Origin: Utricularia gibba
Lineage: Eukaryota > Plantae > Magnoliophyta
Reading direction: 5' to 3'
Length of the DNA: 64,000 bases
Assembly (NCBI GenBank): GCA_002189035.1
Contig: NEEC01000011.1
Coordinates: 868,001 to 932,000 of the forward strand
The position numbers were made by a program, and so were the translations under genes. Positions 34,600 through 48,215 of the stretch are shown here, piece by piece (positions within the stretch are counted from its first letter, which is position 1; the number at the start of each line of letters is the position of its first letter). The notes under the pieces were generated by a model, which worked only from the letters and a program-made list of their open reading frames with translations, ran no database searches and was not told the origin of the DNA.

Positions 34600-35650
34600 T
34601 TATTCATCTTCAACAATCATATTGTGTAATATTATACATATATACATTATATCTATTAATGTTTGATGATCCCAAACACGAGCAGGTGAATATATAATAC
34701 TAAATCTTTCTTGGAGTAATCTGAAAGCTTTATCTACATCCTTCTTTGCACTTTCTTGATGTTGAGCAAAGAGTCGTGTTTTTGGATTTTGTAGAATTGT
34801 GATGGTTTTTGTAAAAACAAGCAATTCAGGATAGTGTGCAATATCGTAAATCATCAAATAATGGAGAATGAGACAGCACATTAAGATCATTGTTTGAAAT
34901 TAGAGTTTCAAAGAAGGAATATCATATCTATGTATCTTTTGATACAATTGCTTTAAATATCATGGTACACTCATGACCACGAGTGTATTGACCTTTCCAA
35001 GCTATTTGACATTTTTTTGACTCCTAATTCACACAATCTCTATACTTCCAAATATATCAGGGAAGCCTTGTTCTTCTCCCCAAGCCAATAATCGTCGCAC
35101 ATCATTTGGCTTTGGTTGTCTCCTATACTCATCTTCAAAAAAAATATGTATGCTTTGAACAAAAAATCTTAAGTATTTTAGTATAGTGGACTCACCAATT
35201 TGATAATATTTATCGCATGAATTTCGCCATATCCATAAACCAATATCCTCATAGCCATAGTGCACTTCTATATCGTAAATAGTGAAGCATGGCCAGTTGC
35301 ATTTGGTCTTTCTTGAAGATATGAACGTACTTCTCTTACACTTTTCATAATTCTCTGAAACAAAGAATGAGGTATTCTGAAACTTCGACAAAACATTTGA
35401 TCAGTATAGGTAGAATTTATTAAAAAATAATCAGCCACTAAACAAGTATTTCCTACTTCATGGTCTCGATTTATTTGAATCTCCCCACACTCATCATCAA
35501 GCATGTAATCGATAACAGCATTACAAGCATTAACAAAAATATCATTTCCCAAGAATGGATACACCGGGATATCTATAGCATTCCAATGAACTGATGAAGA
35601 TGGAATATTATTCTCTGAATTATCATTAGAATCCATGATTTTTAGAATTT
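34600..35650 (-). pseudogene. PIF-like transposase remnant (Plant_tran/ALP1-like lineage)
   Basis: FCRSFRIPHSLFQRI, DKYYQIGESTILKYL...QPKPNDVRRLL...GFPDIFGSI, QESAKKDVDKAFRLLQERF...CIILHNMIVEDE. Confidence 0.88.
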
Positions 35651-38356
35651 TGATTGCATGATGTAGATATTGTATAAAATGTTCATTTATATACAAGACA
35701 TTGAGCTATTGCAATTACTCTATTTTTCATAATCTAAAAGTATAATTCAAAAATTGTTAATCTTTACTCCACTATCTTATGCTAGTCATAGCCTTATTAT
35801 TATGACATAATTTATTCTTGTGTTTGAAAAGAATAATTCAAAGATGTTTTATTCTTTGTTCTAATACTTCTATAACTATTACTTTATGTGTATTTCACTT
35901 AATTATATTAATAAGTATTTAAAATGATAGCATAACTACATGCCAACAAATACAAGTGCTACGAAAGAATATATTTCAAACACACAAAATACAATTCCAA
36001 TTCTTTAAATATCTTGATCATTACCTATATAAAAAACAGGGAATCTTGAGCTTTCTGGTGTTGTATTTGAAGTCGAAGAGGTTGTGAAGATGAAACTGAA
36101 AAAGCCGCCAAAGGTTAAATACAAGTCTCGGTATATATCATTTTTTGAAACTCATTCATCCAATACATATCTATATCTAATAATTTTCTCAATTCATGCA
36201 CAGAATTCACAACATGTTAGAATATCTTGTTATGGACTTCCATTTTCTTTGTATAGTAGTTGAGCATCTCGGCAATGCTATTCATAACCATATTCTTTTC
36301 ATGTGAAAATATATTAGATGTACCTTGTTATTGTCTTCTTTTCACTGCTTTTTACCCAATAGGTCTTTCATCAATACAATAGGTCTTCCATTGGATCCAA
36401 AGAGACATGAACCAAAGGAGAATCTTGTTGCCTCTTCTTTTTATTCTTTTTCCATGTGGTATTATCTATTTACTACAAAGATAAGAAGGTATGAAAGATC
36501 ACAAATAATAGTATTAAAGAACAATACACAAAAATTTTACCCGTCCTCCATTTTGGTTGATCACGTAATACTTTCCAAGCAATCTAATAGGAGAATGGTT
36601 TATGTAACTCTTCCTTATACAATTTTAGCAACATCTCTATTAAGTTATAATTGTTATGCCCGCTTGGATCAACACGTAAAACTCGATCATATCTTCTTGA
36701 AAAAGCTTGCATGTATGTATTGAACATCTTCTATTTCTTTCTTATGGATTATGAATCATGAATCTTCGCATCTCGTTCATTAGTTGTCACAGCTTACAAT
36801 AGAATGTAGTGATGCCCTCCAAAACGGATCTGGCTTTTGACAATTTCCTTTTATTAAATCCCCTAAAGTATTCAATCTTGTTGAAACTAGTAGGTTAACT
36901 TCTACATCCATCTATTTTTGGCTAGAAATCATATAGATATGAAAAGAAGCTGCAAAAAAATTAAACAAAATATAAAATTTCAGGATTGAAAAAAAAACAT
37001 TACTTTGTTCTCTCCTTACCAAATAATTATAACTATATAGTTCAATAAAAGAACAATAGAAAATTACAAATACAATTGCACAACTATAAACATGCATGTC
37101 CCATAATCATTATATTTATACAAATTTCTTTGGTATCTAAGTACCACACAATTTAAAAATGGGTATATGAAGGATAAGTATAGATATGATTATTATAAAT
37201 TCAACAAACACTAAAGAATGATCTAAACTACCTTAGTTTTTATCCATCTTCGATTTTTTATCCACAAATGAAGCTAAATAATCATTAAATGAAGAATGAT
37301 GGAGTCATAATAAAGTAAAGAAGAAGCTGTAAAGATAATAAATGAAACCAATGAACCAAAAAACAAGTGGATCTTATTAACAATTTCATCTTTATCCACA
37401 ACATTAAATGATTGCAAAAAATCATAAATGCAGAAAACTTAAATGTCCCATCAACAAAAATCAGTTGTGTATACCGATACACCAATTTATGATTGAATAA
37501 AAAACCATAAATGCGAAAAACTTAAATAACCCATCAACAAAAATCACCATAAGTTGTAGATAGCAAGACAGTAATTTACCTGTATCACTCAAAAGCAAGA
37601 AAATCTACAATAAGAAATTGATTTTTTGGCTTTAAGTAATTTTTTCGTTGAGAGGGAAGGAGCACGCGAGATTTTGACGCCCTTTTTACTCATGTTTTTG
37701 GTGCAACTTTCAGCGGAAACTCTGTCCAAATTTGTTTTCCGCATTGATGGGCAAAAAGAAATGATGAAGAAGAATTTCTTACGTGGCAGCCATGATGCCA
37801 TTATTTCTATTTTTACTTCATTTTTAACTATATTTAAAAAATTATTTTTGTTACAAACATAAACAGAAATAAAAAGTATTTTTGTGGAATATTACTTTTG
37901 ATAAAAACATAAGTAAAAGCAGCATGTAAAAATTTTCCAAAACACAATATTAGTAATTTCTACAGCCTTTCGTTTGAAAAGGACTATGGACTAGTAAAGT
38001 ATTTGTCCCCACATTTATAATTCAATATATTAATATTCTGTTACGTAATTATGGTAACATCTATCCTACTTTTTATATATTACAATTGGATAATAGTTAG
38101 GAATGTATATCACTTTAATTTTGCTAAACACAACCAAAAAGGAGATGAGAAAGTAAGAAAGTGTAACATAAAAAATATTAAAATTGTTTAAAGTCAAAAA
38201 AACCTTTTGCAAATTGATTTTCTTAATCATACATTATTGAGACCACAAATTTTCATCTAGTTACTAACCGGATGCACACAAGTCTTCGAGTAGAGTCTTA
38301 TCAAATTGCTTTTTACGAATAATAAATTTTTGAGCTTCTCAAATTGGTACCAAAAG

Positions 38357-38409
38357 TTTTGAGAACCCATTATAAGATTTATTCATATATGTTCTGATCC
38401 ATAAATCAT
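38357..38409 (-). pseudogene. ycf4: NUPT: ycf4 5' remnant
   Basis: The reverse strand resembles ATGACTTGGCGATCAGAACATATATGGATAGAACTTATAACGGGGTCTCGAAAA. Confidence 0.65.
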
Positions 38410-38844
38410 ATTTCATACGATTGCGTTTTATTGGAATTGATAGACTAACATAAATGATAATTATTTTTACTTTTTTTTTTTGATTCAATTCCTAGTTGAA
38501 CTCTGATCAAATATTACTAATTTAATATTAAGTAAAACTAGTTTGATGTGAGACTACAGGAATAATTCATTAAATTGCTTGGATATTAAAAAAAAAGTAT
38601 TCCCTTTATATAATTCCAATATTTATATGGATATATCCACTAATTTGAAATCTATACTCACCATGCCCTGATTGAAACTAATTAGAATGCATTTACAAAT
38701 GGGTCATTTTTTGTGTGTCTAAAATCTTTCTTTTATATTCTATGAAAATCAAGGGAATCATATTTATTGAAAAGAAAATAAATATTTGTGTTAGGCTACT
38801 GGTCTAAGTTTCAAAAACATGGCAGAGATTGTAGCTTTCCTACT

Positions 38845-38955
38845 CTGAATAGTTGTGTTTTTTTGAACATAAAGAAATAAAATAACTATCGCCATTGACA
38901 GAAGTACTAGGTTGATGAAACATGCAAAAATAGAGGGAAGGTTGAATGTTGTCAT
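38845..38955 (-). pseudogene. psaI: NUPT: psaI remnant
   Basis: Reverse strand ATGACAACATTCAACCTTCCCTCTATTTTTG...TTTATTTCTTTATGTTCAAAAAAA. Confidence 0.82.
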
Positions 38956-39315
38956 AAAATCGGTAACTCAATTTGTTATTTTGTACTATTATTTTATAAT
39001 TATACTAATTAAAATTAATATTTTTGCATATTCAGTATTCGAATATCTATAATTTATTTTGAAATAAGTATGTAGTACAAGCAGGGAAAGTGTTGAACCT
39101 GAAAAATAGCTATATCAATCTCTCTGCATGAAAGATAATAAAATTGAGATTTTTTTTTCGATTTCTTTATAATTTGTTCTTATTCTCTAATTTAATAAAG
39201 AAATAGTTGGGTGACACAAAATTTTTTCTTTAGTTTATTCTTAGATTTTTGGTAAGCTAGCTAATTCTTAGTTTGTTAGAATTATCTTAATACTATTTAT
39301 TTTATTTTATTGGAT

Positions 39316-39498
39316 TTCAAAGGAAAAAAAGGTCGTGAAATAAAAATAACTCACTCAAAAAATATTATATCCCTGAAAATTATGGAATAGATATTTCGAT
39401 GCTTGTAAACCTTCAGGTACTGTATTTATTTAATGTTTGTTCAATTATTCTTTTACCCTTAAATGCAATGTAGGATTTGGGTTTGGTAATAATGATAT
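39316..39498 (-). pseudogene. accD: NUPT: accD 3' remnant
   Basis: The reverse strand encodes DIIITKPKSYIAFKGKRIIEQTLNK..PEG (accD: [30 protein letters not shown]). Confidence 0.88.
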
Positions 39499-40008
39499 GT
39501 TCTTGAACAATTATCCTACCCGTGTTTGGCCGATTGGAAGAGAAACAAAGAAAGGAGTGTGTAAACTGTAAAATTTGCGGAGCAAGCACAAAAGCTAGGG
39601 CTGACATACATAAATGTGTGTGAAAAGTTGCATGGTACAACTAGCAATGATCAATGTACAAGCTTGCTTATTATTTTCAAATATAATTCTAATAACATTC
39701 ATCTTTTCCAATGATTGCTCTTAAAAGGTAGAATGCTAATGAATTTTGTAAATACATTTGAAAATTGCTTGTTGGAGGTCTCTAGGATGTAAGAGATCCA
39801 AGTAAGCTTATTGATAGTTGTAACTAAACTACAACATTCTGCATTTGCAGAGGATTTTGAAATTATACCTTGTTTTTTGTTTTCTTGTAGAATAAACAGC
39901 CTCCAAATATAACAAAAAGACTGATAAATTTCAGTTGCATCAAAATGAGTAAAACCCTAATACAATAGTCGATCAATACGAGCCATATATTCCTTTTGAG
40001 AGGAAATA

Positions 40009-40284
40009 TGATAAGTGATTTTGTATCATTTATATTTATGCTTTTTAGGACTCATTTAAATGAGTTTTGCATTCTTTTTATTTCACTTTCCTTATGTTTT
40101 TAAAAGAATTTTATACCTTTCATATCACTTTGATCTTTTTGGAGGGAAATTGTGTTTTGTGATTTTTCAGGACGAATTTGGAATAATTTGGAGGATTTTC
40201 GAGCTATTTTGATGGAGGCAAAGATTCGGTTTATCTGGATGAAGACTCGGTCAAAGATTCTCGGATAAGATAAGATTCGCATAT
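40009..40284 (+). repeat. 5' fragment of a different Athila-type LTR, into which the next element apparently inserted
   Basis: Starts TGATAAGTG... and ends abruptly at the TGATGACACAC start at 40285. Confidence 0.5.
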
Positions 40285-41650
40285 TGATGACACACATTTT
40301 TCCTAAATTTCAAAATACAAAATGGTTATATTTTATTATGGTTTAGGTTAGATAAATGTGATTTTTCATGCTTTAGTGGTGTTTATGTTAATCCTATGTG
40401 ATTATGTTGAAAAGTGGACTAAATCCTTTGATTTAGTCCACAACTCGTGTTACTGATGTCTCAGTAAGTTCAGCAGGGAGATGAGCCGAAAATCAGACTT
40501 GCAAGCGTGTAAAACAAGCGAAAAAGGGCGCAAAATCCGGAGAAGGACAAAGAGCATTGTTCTGCTGCCACCGCAATCTGCAAGTTCAGGCCAGGAGCAG
40601 TACTGGCGGTCAGGAACAGTACTGGCAGACAGAAATAGTGCAATGGAGTGAAGCAAAAGAAAAGGAAATTAATTCGAAAAAGAAAGAGCAAAGCGAAAAG
40701 TTGAAGCGAACAGCAAGGGGGACGGAAGGGGGTCTTCTTCACCGATGAGAAAAACACCAACCAGAAGGGGGAAGGAGGGCCTTCACCATCAAGAACAGCA
40801 CCGGAGCCCATTCCAGCGCTACTGTTCCGGCCTTCACCATCAAAAACATTCCTTATTTACTTTCTGTTTTCTGAACATTTCAAGTTTCTGCGTTTGACTT
40901 GTTTACAATGTTTCTGCCGCTTTGGCCAACTTATATGAATGAAATCGTGTTTTATTTCCAAAGCATGAATGACTAGAGTCTTAGGGATGCCTTAAGGTGA
41001 AGTGGGTGGTGTGTGCTTAGGATTGATGATGAAATTTATGTGTATTCCTTAACTCTTGTTTCTAACAAACCATGAGTAGACCTAAGGAGGGAAACAAGTA
41101 GTTTCACAACTTAGAAGCTTGATTTAGAGGTAGATCAACAAAGCAAGACGAGAGCAGTCGGTGTTAGTTCAGGGTAGAACTAGTAGAACCGGATAGACCT
41201 AATTCTATATACCTTGCATGCGGGTAGACCTAATTGCAATGTTGGTTATGATATTGGGGACTAGCTTAAGCCAAAAATATAATGAATCACCTGGGTAGAC
41301 CTAGGTTATTTGAAGTTGTGAGTGTAGGAAGATAGTAAATTAAGTTAGGAACCTTAGCATGACACCACCTACAAATCCTTAAGGCGTCCTTGTATTATTC
41401 GAAGTTAGAACCAATACCTGTCTCTTTAGCTTTGAAACCCGATATTGCTTACCTACCTTGTTTACTGAACTTGTTTGCTACTGTTAGTCCGAGCATAGAC
41501 CAATACTTCCTGTTGTCCAGAATTATGCATTTAATAAAACACTTAGCAAGCACAAGCTCTTCGTGAGCGACCCCGATATTATAAATTTATTTGATATGGA
41601 TTTTCTATTTTTATTTACAACGATATTAGGAAAATTCCCGTTTATCAAAT

Positions 41651-41668
41651 TGGCGTCGTTGCCGAGGA
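41651..41668 (+). other. Primer binding site (tRNA-Asp type)
   Basis: TGGCGTCGTTGCCGAGGA, 3 bp after the LTR end; the Athila consensus is TGGCGCCGTTGCCGGGGA. Confidence 0.88.
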
Positions 41669-41836
41669 GCGGTGTTTAATTGTTTTGTGATTCGGTTGAT
41701 GCATTTGCTTTCTTCTGGTGCAGGTAATCTTGTTTTCCACCCAGAAATCGAGAGAACTATCAGCAAGAACCACACAAGAGTGAGAGAAGCAGCAAGGTTG
41801 AGCAGACTCCCTACTGTTACTCAAACTGATTTCAAT

Positions 41837-44800
41837 ATGGCAGAATAGGAGAAGACCCTGAATGAGCTTGATGCAGCTGACCACACGTACAGAGGGCTGT
41901 GTATAAGGTTCTTTGATGACATAGCCAACGAATTGAAGCCAGCTATGATAAATTTTCTGCCTAAATACTATGGAAAAGTGGGTGAAAACCCACATGAACA
42001 TCTTGATAATGCCACTGATGTTTGCACCTCCTTTAAGAGTGCTTTGATGACTAAGGATGCCATCTGTTTAAGGGCATTCCAATTCACACTGGAAGGGAGC
42101 ACAAAGACATGGTTCAAATCTTTGAAGCCTGGAAGTATTGCGGATTGGTCAGGGATGAAGAAATTATTTCTCAGCACATGTTTCCCTGCTTCAAAGGCTG
42201 AAGGGATACGAAAGGAAATCAGTGACATTGAGCAAACAAGTGGAGAATCTTTACATGAATATTGGGAGGGTTAATCACCTGCTAGGCTCTTGTCCACACC
42301 ACGGATTTCAGAACAATGCATTGGTCAAGTATTTTTATCCCAGCGATTTTGAGAGTGTATGCTCAGTGGACGTGATGGATAAGCTGGTAGAAGAGCATCT
42401 TGAAAAGGCTATCCAAGAGAAGGAAGAAGAGCATGAGGAATCATTTTTTGCAAGAGTGGAAGCTGAAAAAGGGTCAGAACAGGCGAATGCTATGCAAATC
42501 AAGACCTTGGAGGAGCGGACAGCTGAGTTGAAGCCACTGCCCACACACCTGAAGTACGCATTCTTGGATGAAGAAATGAACAACCCGGTCATCATCTTAA
42601 ATAGTCTTAGCTTAGACCAAGAGTCGCGACTGCTGGAGGTGTTGATCAGGAACAAGAGGGCGATTGGCTGGACTCTTGCAGATATTGAAGGCATCTCTCC
42701 TTCTATATGTATGCACAGGATTTTATTAGAAGATGGAACTAAACCTGTTCGCCAGCCACAAAGGCGCCTCCACCCAAATATGATGGAAGTGGTAAAGAAG
42801 GAAATTGTAAAACTTCATGATGCAAGTATAATCTACTCCATTATAGACAGCGAATGGGTGAATCCAATCCATGTGGTGCCCAAGAAGACTGGTATGACAA
42901 TGGTGGAGAACGAGAAGTGAGAGCTGGTGCCTCAAAGAATTCAAAATGGATGGAGAGTATGCATAGACTATAGAAAATTGAATGAAGTGACCAAGAAGGA
43001 CCATTACCCTTAACTGTCATTGATCAAATGCTCGAAAAATTAGCAGGAAAATTTTTTTATTGCTTCTTAGATGGTTATTCTGGATATAACTAAGTTGCAA
43101 TTTCAGGTACGGATCAAGACAAGACTACTTTTACCTGTCCATTTGGGACATATGCCTATAGAAGGATGCCCTTTGGGTTGTGCAACGCCCCTGCTACCTT
43201 TTAGAGGTGTATGATCAGCATCTTCTCAAACTTTGGTGAGGATTTCATTGAAATTTTTATGGACGATTTTACAGTGTATGGAGAAGATTATGAGTCATGT
43301 TTGAACAATTTGGATCAGGTTTTGCGAAAATGTGTTGAAAAAAATCGTGTTCTCAATTCTGAAAAATGCCATTTTATGGTTGATCATGGAATTGTGCTTG
43401 GCCATGTTATTTCTAGGAAAGGTATTGAGGTAGACAAAGCAAAAATTGAAATTATGACCGAGTTACCGTACCCAATTGATGTTAAAGGTGTGAGATCATT
43501 TCTGGGGCATGTTGGTTTTTATAGAAGATTTATTTAGAATTTTTCTAAGATTGCCTTGCCTCTTAGTAGACTTTTGCATAATGATGTGGAATTTATTTTT
43601 GATGATTCATGCAAAAATGCTTTTAATTGTTCGAAAGAGTCTGTGACCACTGCTCCTATGATACAACCACCAAACTGGAGGTATGATTTCGAAATTATGT
43701 GTGATGCTAGTAGTCATGCTGTAGGGGCGGTTTTAGGACAGAAAATTGAAGGGAAACATCATGTTATTTCTTATGCATCTAAAACCTTGGATGATGCTCA
43801 GAAAAATTACATTGTGACTGAAAGAGAATTTCAAGCTATGATTTTTGCTTTGGAGAAATTTTGTTCCTATCTTTTAGGGAGCAAGGTTGTGGTCTACACA
43901 GACCATTCAGCGGTAAAACACTTGATGGAGAACAAGGAGACCAAACCACGATTGATCAGATGGGTTCTCCTTGTTCAGGAGTTTGATGTGGAAATTAAAG
44001 ATAGGCCTGGAAAGGAGAACATGGTCGCTGACCATCTCAGCAGGATGGAAGGGCTGAAGACTGAAAGTCCTATCACTGAAACGTTCCCTAATAAACAATT
44101 ATTCTTAGTTAGGACTAATATTCGTGAACCGTGGTTTGCAGACTTGGCTAACTTTGTTTCAACAAGAGTGATGCCACTAGGAATTGATTATCACATGAAG
44201 AACAAACTAAAGAGTGATGCCAAATATTATATTTGGGATGATCCTTTGAAAGAGATGCAATGATGGTGTCATTAGAAGGTGTATTCATGAGTTTGAAATT
44301 CCTAAAATTATCAATTCTTGTCATGCAGCACCCTTTGGTGGCCATCATGGACCAAATCGTACAGCTAGAAAAATTTTGGATTGTAGATTCTACTGGCCTC
44401 ATATCTTTAGAGACTGTTATGCTTATTGTAAAGGTTGTGAGCCATGCCAAAGAGTGGGAAATTTATCAAATAGGGACGAAATGCCTCAGCAAGGAATCCT
44501 GGTATGTGAATTATTTGATGTTTGGGACATTGATTTTATGGGGCCATTCCCCACTTCTGCAGGTTACAACTATATTTTAGTGGATGTTGATTACGTCTCA
44601 AAATGGATTGAAGACATTCCTACAAGGACGGATGACACAAAGACAGTGATTAATTTTCTGCGTAACAACATCTTTGTGTGGTATGGGACTCCTAAGGTGC
44701 TGATCAGTGACCAAGGTACGCATTTTTATAATCAAGGCTTCAGAAGTGTATTGAAGCAGTTCAACATTGGGTATAAGCCATCAATACCATCCACAAACAA

Positions 44801-45419
44801 ATTGCCAAACGGAGGTATCAAACAGAGAGATTAAATAGATTTTGGAGAAAGTGGTAAACCCGAACAGGAAGGACTGGAGTCTAAGATTGAGGGATGCTTT
44901 ATGGGCAATCCGAACAGCATATAAAACACCAATTAGGACATCTCCATTCAGGTTAGTTTGTGGAAAACCTTGCAGGTTACCTGCTGCATTAGAGCACAAG
45001 GCCTGGTGGGCAGTGAAGAGGCTAAACCTTGATGAAAGTCTTAGTGCAAGCCAAAGAAAATTGCAGCTCTCAGAACTGGAAGAGTTGAGAAATGATGCGT
45101 ATGAAAGCAAATTATTCAAAGCTAGGACTAAAAGTTACCATGACAAGCATATTTCCAGGAGGTCCTTTGAAGTTGGTCAGAAAGTTTTGCTGTTTCAATC
45201 CAGACTCAAGTAACACATAGGGAAACTCAAATCTCGTTGGACGAGACCATTTGTAGTGAAAGAAGTTCTCCCAAACGGAACAGTGGAGGTTTATGATGGG
45301 ACTAACTCAAGTTTCACTGTGAATGGACATAGGTTGAAGATTTTTTATGAAAATCTTCAATACAGGTTTGCTGAAGAAGTTGAAGTTCTTGTCCTAAGGG
45401 ACATAGAAACAACGTAGAA
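41837..45419 (+). pseudogene. Athila gag-pol remnant; gag C-terminus and protease deleted, many stops
   Basis: [57 protein letters not shown]; jump near 42340 from gag to the region just before RT. Confidence 0.9.
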
Positions 45420-45999
45420 CTTGCTGAAAGTCTAATCCAGGACTGATAACAGGGACGCTCTTGGGAGGCAACCCAAGTTTAGATTATGTAGTTTTATTTT
45501 CCTGTCATTTGACTTTTGCACTTTTAGACTTAAGATGTGTTTTGGAAAACTTTTATAACGTACTTTTACTTTTGTATAAATACTTTTCAAAAGTAGAAGT
45601 AAAGTTAGTAAAAGCACATCCCTTATGACTTCTGTAAAAGTTTTTTTTATTGTATGATTTCAAAAGTACTTCTAATAAAAGTACTTTTGAAAATAAGGTT
45701 GTTTTGAAAAAAAATAACTTTTACTTTCATATAAGTAAAAGTTATCCATAAAAGTTTTCCAGAACACACCCTTAGCTAGGAGTTATTTTGGAAAGTCTTT
45801 ATTGTGTTCCTGTTGCATAAAAGGGAGTTATATTGCGGTTACAGGAAAGTAACGTACAGGGATCGCAACTGACTATCAAGATTTTATAGATTTACCCTCA
45901 AACCCTTGGGGAATTTGGGGGTAAATTTCCTTGTAATGTTCATTTTGTTTCAAACGTTTCACTTTGCTCCTGAGAATTGCAGAGAGAAAAGCTAGCAAG

Positions 46000-47724
46000 A
46001 TGCCTGCAAAACGCCAACACCAAAGCACTGCTGCTGCAAAACCCAGCAAGAAAGCCACATCAGAGAGCAGTAAGCGCAAGAAAATTGGGGGGAACTTCGA
46101 AATTGCTCCTACCCTGGAACAAAATAAGGCTGTAAATGCTGGAGATGAGCGGTTTCAGGGAGTTGATGCTCTCCTGCATGCAGCGAATCTGGGTGGAACT
46201 CCTTCTCAAGAAATAGCAGAACCTCCTGTGGTGGAAAAAAGAAGTCCAAGACTGAAGGCACCCACCAGTCCTGACCTTCAGCAAAAATTGAGAGAATTGC
46301 AGAGGAGTTACAAAGGAAAGGGAAAATCTGTGGTTGAAAAAACATCTGCTGAACCACCCCAGATTGTGTACCAGAAAAAGGAGAAGGGAAGAAAGAGTCA
46401 AAGGAAGCAACAGGAAGTCACCATGCAAATTGCACTTGAAGAAGAAATTGCACCAGGAGAGGTGGAAGAAATCCTAGAAATTGCAGAGCAACCAACTGAA
46501 GAAAAGGAAGCCAAAGGTGGGGAAGCAAAACAAGTTCCAACAGAAAGTGAGGCGCCAGCCACACCAACTGCTACAGCAGCAGGAGAAGAAGAGGATGATC
46601 AAAATCTGGTAGCAAAGAGAACAAGGAGCAGAACAAAGAAGCAGCAAGAACCTAAACCAAAAATAGAGGAATTGGAGAAAAATGCCAGCGAGGAGGAGGA
46701 ACAGGTACAAATGAAAAGAGAAAATTTTTTACCTAACCTTGTCCCGTTGTTCTTGAGTTTAGGTAAGGTTGAAGAGGAAGAGAAGGGGAAATCACAACGA
46801 AGAATGACCAGCAAGGGCATTCCTTATTTTAAGCAGCATGTAGAGATGCTAAACCTAAAATATCTTCAATTCGAGAATGAAGAATTCGCCACCAAGTATG
46901 ATGAGGTAAAAGGGACAAAGGTGATGCCTTGCCGCATCATAGATTATGAGATCTTGGTGGAATTGGGGATAGTTACTGAAGTTCATTCACTGCTTGAAAA
47001 TTCTGGGCTGCTTATTTTGTGTGATATGAATTACCTTTCCTATGTTGAACTTGTATATGAATTTGCTTCCACATTATGTTATAAAAAACCAGAAAGTGTG
47101 ATGACACCAGGAGCAATTACATTTAGGTTGTTAGGAAAAGAATTTTCCCTCTCGATTGCTGAATGGTGTGTAACCTTAGGATTCTACTCTGAGCAGCATG
47201 TTGACTCGCATGAGTTTGCCACCTCCTTATTTGATTATCCTGATGATTTCAATGCTGAGGAAGTGTATGAGATGTTAAATAGTCAGCATGTGATAAAATT
47301 TAAACCTAAGGGTGCAAAAGCTGATTTATTTACAGAACCTGCTGCACGATATATCCATTTGCTGATTTCTTCTGTGCTATTTGGAAGAGTCCGAGGATTC
47401 AATACATTATATAAACGTGAATTATTTGTCATGTGGTGTTTGTTGCACAAGAAATCATTGAATCTAGGGGCAGTTTTAGCTGAGCAATTGAACAGGGACT
47501 ATCGGCGAAGCACCATCAATCATCTCGGGTTTGGTAATGTAATCATTCTCCTTGCTCAAAGGCTGTGTGCTGATCGAATTCATGAGCTAGAATATTTTCA
47601 TTTGGAGACAAAAATATTCCCTTTGAATGCTCATTTTCTTAAAACCGCTGGATTAATCCAAGCGAAGGGGAGTAGTTTTGTGTTTAAATCTCTGGCAGGA
47701 ATTTGCAACAACCTGCCTGCATAG
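46000..47724 (+). CDS. Athila env-like / extra ORF protein, 574 aa from the first ATG; open but probably ending at a premature stop
   Basis: K/E-rich disordered N-half, then YVELVYEFASTL...ITFRLLGKEFSLS...ELFVMWCL...LNLG, typical of Athila second ORFs. The same frame continues for 54 codons (coiled-coil-like) to TAA at 47887-47889. Confidence 0.8.
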   Translation: MPAKRQHQSTAAAKPSKKATSESSKRKKIGGNFEIAPTLEQNKAVNAGDERFQGVDALLHAANLGGTPSQEIAEPPVVEKRSPRLKAPTSPDLQQKLRELQRSYKGKGKSVVEKTSAEPPQIVYQKKEKGRKSQRKQQEVTMQIALEEEIAPGEVEEILEIAEQPTEEKEAKGGEAKQVPTESEAPATPTATAAGEEEDDQNLVAKRTRSRTKKQQEPKPKIEELEKNASEEEEQVQMKRENFLPNLVPLFLSLGKVEEEEKGKSQRRMTSKGIPYFKQHVEMLNLKYLQFENEEFATKYDEVKGTKVMPCRIIDYEILVELGIVTEVHSLLENSGLLILCDMNYLSYVELVYEFASTLCYKKPESVMTPGAITFRLLGKEFSLSIAEWCVTLGFYSEQHVDSHEFATSLFDYPDDFNAEEVYEMLNSQHVIKFKPKGAKADLFTEPAARYIHLLISSVLFGRVRGFNTLYKRELFVMWCLLHKKSLNLGAVLAEQLNRDYRRSTINHLGFGNVIILLAQRLCADRIHELEYFHLETKIFPLNAHFLKTAGLIQAKGSSFVFKSLAGICNNLPA

Positions 47725-48215
47725 AAAGCAAAAGCAAGGACTTCTCGACAAGAACCAGACAAAGTGAAGGGCGGAAAGGACTGCTGCCGCAAGCAAAGAA
47801 TTGATATGCTATATGATAGGCTGGGGGATTTGTTAAGGGAAGTGAAGGAATTGAAACAGGGAGTGAAGGACTCCTCCCTGATCAAGTAACATCGATGCAT
47901 TGCCTCATCTTTATTTTTATTTTTATTTTTATTTTTATTTTTATGGCGTTCGTTTAAGTTAAGAGTAATTTAGTAGTACGACATTATGGTCAGGAGGATT
48001 TTGTGAATGGTTGAGGAATTCCCTTACAAGCATGGGATGTTTTTCATGATGCACAAAATGCATGAATTTTGTTATGGCCATTTTATGAACTAGTGAGCAT
48101 GTTTTCCCCTTGATTATTTTTGTGAGATAGCAACATGTTCAATGTAGTCAGATTGGTGCCTTCAAGATTTTTTTTAAGTAGATTGGCATGTGTTGATTTT
48201 TCATGGGGGATTGGT

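Larger units (their letters stand above)
40285..48215 (+). mobile_element. Athila-type Ty3/gypsy element with 5' LTR, PBS, decayed gag-pol and an env-like ORF; 3' LTR absent
   Basis: LTR 40285-41647 (TGATGAC...TTATCA), PBS, gag-pol motifs, CTTGGGAGGCAACCCAA after pol, large downstream ORF. Confidence 0.92.

Noticed and set aside
34000-37100. petA/cemA plastid remnants expected from colinearity
   Set aside because: Only 10-15 bp partial matches, indistinguishable from chance in AT-rich DNA.
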